A stretch of 63,998 bases of DNA, the filler included, from Piptocephalis cylindrospora (taxonomy: Eukaryota): assembly GCA_003614145.1 (NCBI GenBank). It is 6 parts of 6 records of this genome, joined end to end, with 100 filler letters (N's around TTAATTAATTAA, not from the genome) between each part and the next. Parts side by side here need not be neighbours in the genome. Positions count along the whole stretch, not along the records: positions 55,212 to 63,998 come from KZ988126.1; 5 more parts are not named here. The stretch is one strand, 5' to 3'. The position numbers and the translations under genes were made by a program. Below, in pieces: positions 63,014 to 63,998 of this stretch. Under the pieces are notes generated by a model. It ran no database searches, was not told where the DNA came from, and worked only from the letters and a program-made list of their open reading frames with translations. How positions within the stretch are numbered: the stretch's first letter is position 1; the number at the start of each line of letters is the position of its first letter.

Positions 63014-63998
63014 GTCCGGACGAGGGAGGGAGCTGGAGAAAAGGGGTACACGTAGAGGGGGGATCGAGGAAATGTAATCTGGATATGGTCCGAGGCTGTG
63101 AACAATGGTCCACTCAGTTGGGCTTTTTATGGCGTAATCAGGGAAGGTACAGGAGCAGGGAATTTCCCGGGATCTGGGGGGATTGGAAGATATTGGCGTT
63201 GAGTACAAGCACAAGCTGGTCTGGACAAGTAGTGGGAGCGAGAGAGGGGAATGATGTTCAAGGCAGATCAGAATCGTGGGCAGAGGATGGTATTTTTTAT
63301 AGGGTGATTACCCTTAGGCCATACTATCAAATGTGCACGATGGGACTGGGTGTGTGTGAGACAATTGTATTGTGCAAAGCTCTATGTATTCTGAAGGCCG
63401 ACTCATCTGGTCGGATTGAGGGCCTTATACTGATGTGAATAAACAAGGAACGATTGTTTTTGATGAGAGTCGGAATGAGGTGATTTTCGTCTTGCGGACA
63501 CAATACTACCTCCCATATGAGGCTTTCCCATCGATATCGGTAACATTAGGGCTAGTTCCGGGGAAATGATGCAAAGCCGCAATCGCGAAGGAATGTGCCT
63601 TAATCTCCCATCATAATACTATTACTCAGTCATGAGAGCAGATTTCTTGGCTCTTCCTCCTACGCACCAGTCAGATGACTGAATATTGGCATATATCCAT
63701 TTTTATGTATCTAGTCTCTTTCCATGCCATATTAGACAATTTCCTCAAATGAATGGTACTTTGTTATTGGGAAAGTGATCAGGCATCAGAAACGACCAAT
63801 TTAACATGATTTGACCATTTTTCCCCGCTTGGCGTCATCCTTGTGCACACCACAGCTCTCCCTCTCTCTCTCGTCCTCCCCTTGCACACTCCCCTTGTCT
63901 CTCATCCCCAATCTCTCCTCTCCCCTTGCTGTGTAGAGTGGTCTGTTGATTGGGGGGTGGAGCCTCTAGAGAAGACATACTCGTCAAGTCCAGGGTGG

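Overview
Eukaryotic (fungal) genomic DNA with short GT-AG introns, pyrimidine-rich 5' leaders and many microsatellites. The window is not contiguous: it is six contigs joined by artificial 100-nt linkers (N44-TTAATTAATTAA-N44). The four complete contigs are 11005, 10900, 10876 and 10857 bp, so they are sorted by size and gene adjacency across linkers is meaningless. Gene content (Arb1, HAUS4-like augmin, dynein LIC, MCC alpha) suggests a non-yeast, probably early-diverging fungus in a fragmented assembly; this is inference only. About 28 genes are supported, mostly housekeeping (NNR1, TAF9, LAM/GRAM-VASt, SDE2, DLIC, FAP7, KRR1, PHB1, ARG8, UBC6, MCC alpha, PTR2, TPS/TPP, BCKDK/PDK kinase). 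The most notable observations are: (1) a dispersed non-coding repeat whose 48-bp inverted-repeat-bounded core is flipped between two copies, each copy bracketed by its own 16-bp direct repeat; (2) a NADAR domain fused to an unassigned, possibly NDT-like N-terminal domain; (3) a CUE-like/Myb/U-box-like protein; (4) a frameshifted Bim1/X325-like copper protein; (5) a TPS/TPP protein lacking the HAD nucleophile; (6) a secreted His/Glu/Tyr tandem-repeat protein and a tandem pair of novel GPI-type paralogues. I recognised no tRNA, rRNA, CRISPR array or autonomous transposon. Exon boundaries were read by eye.
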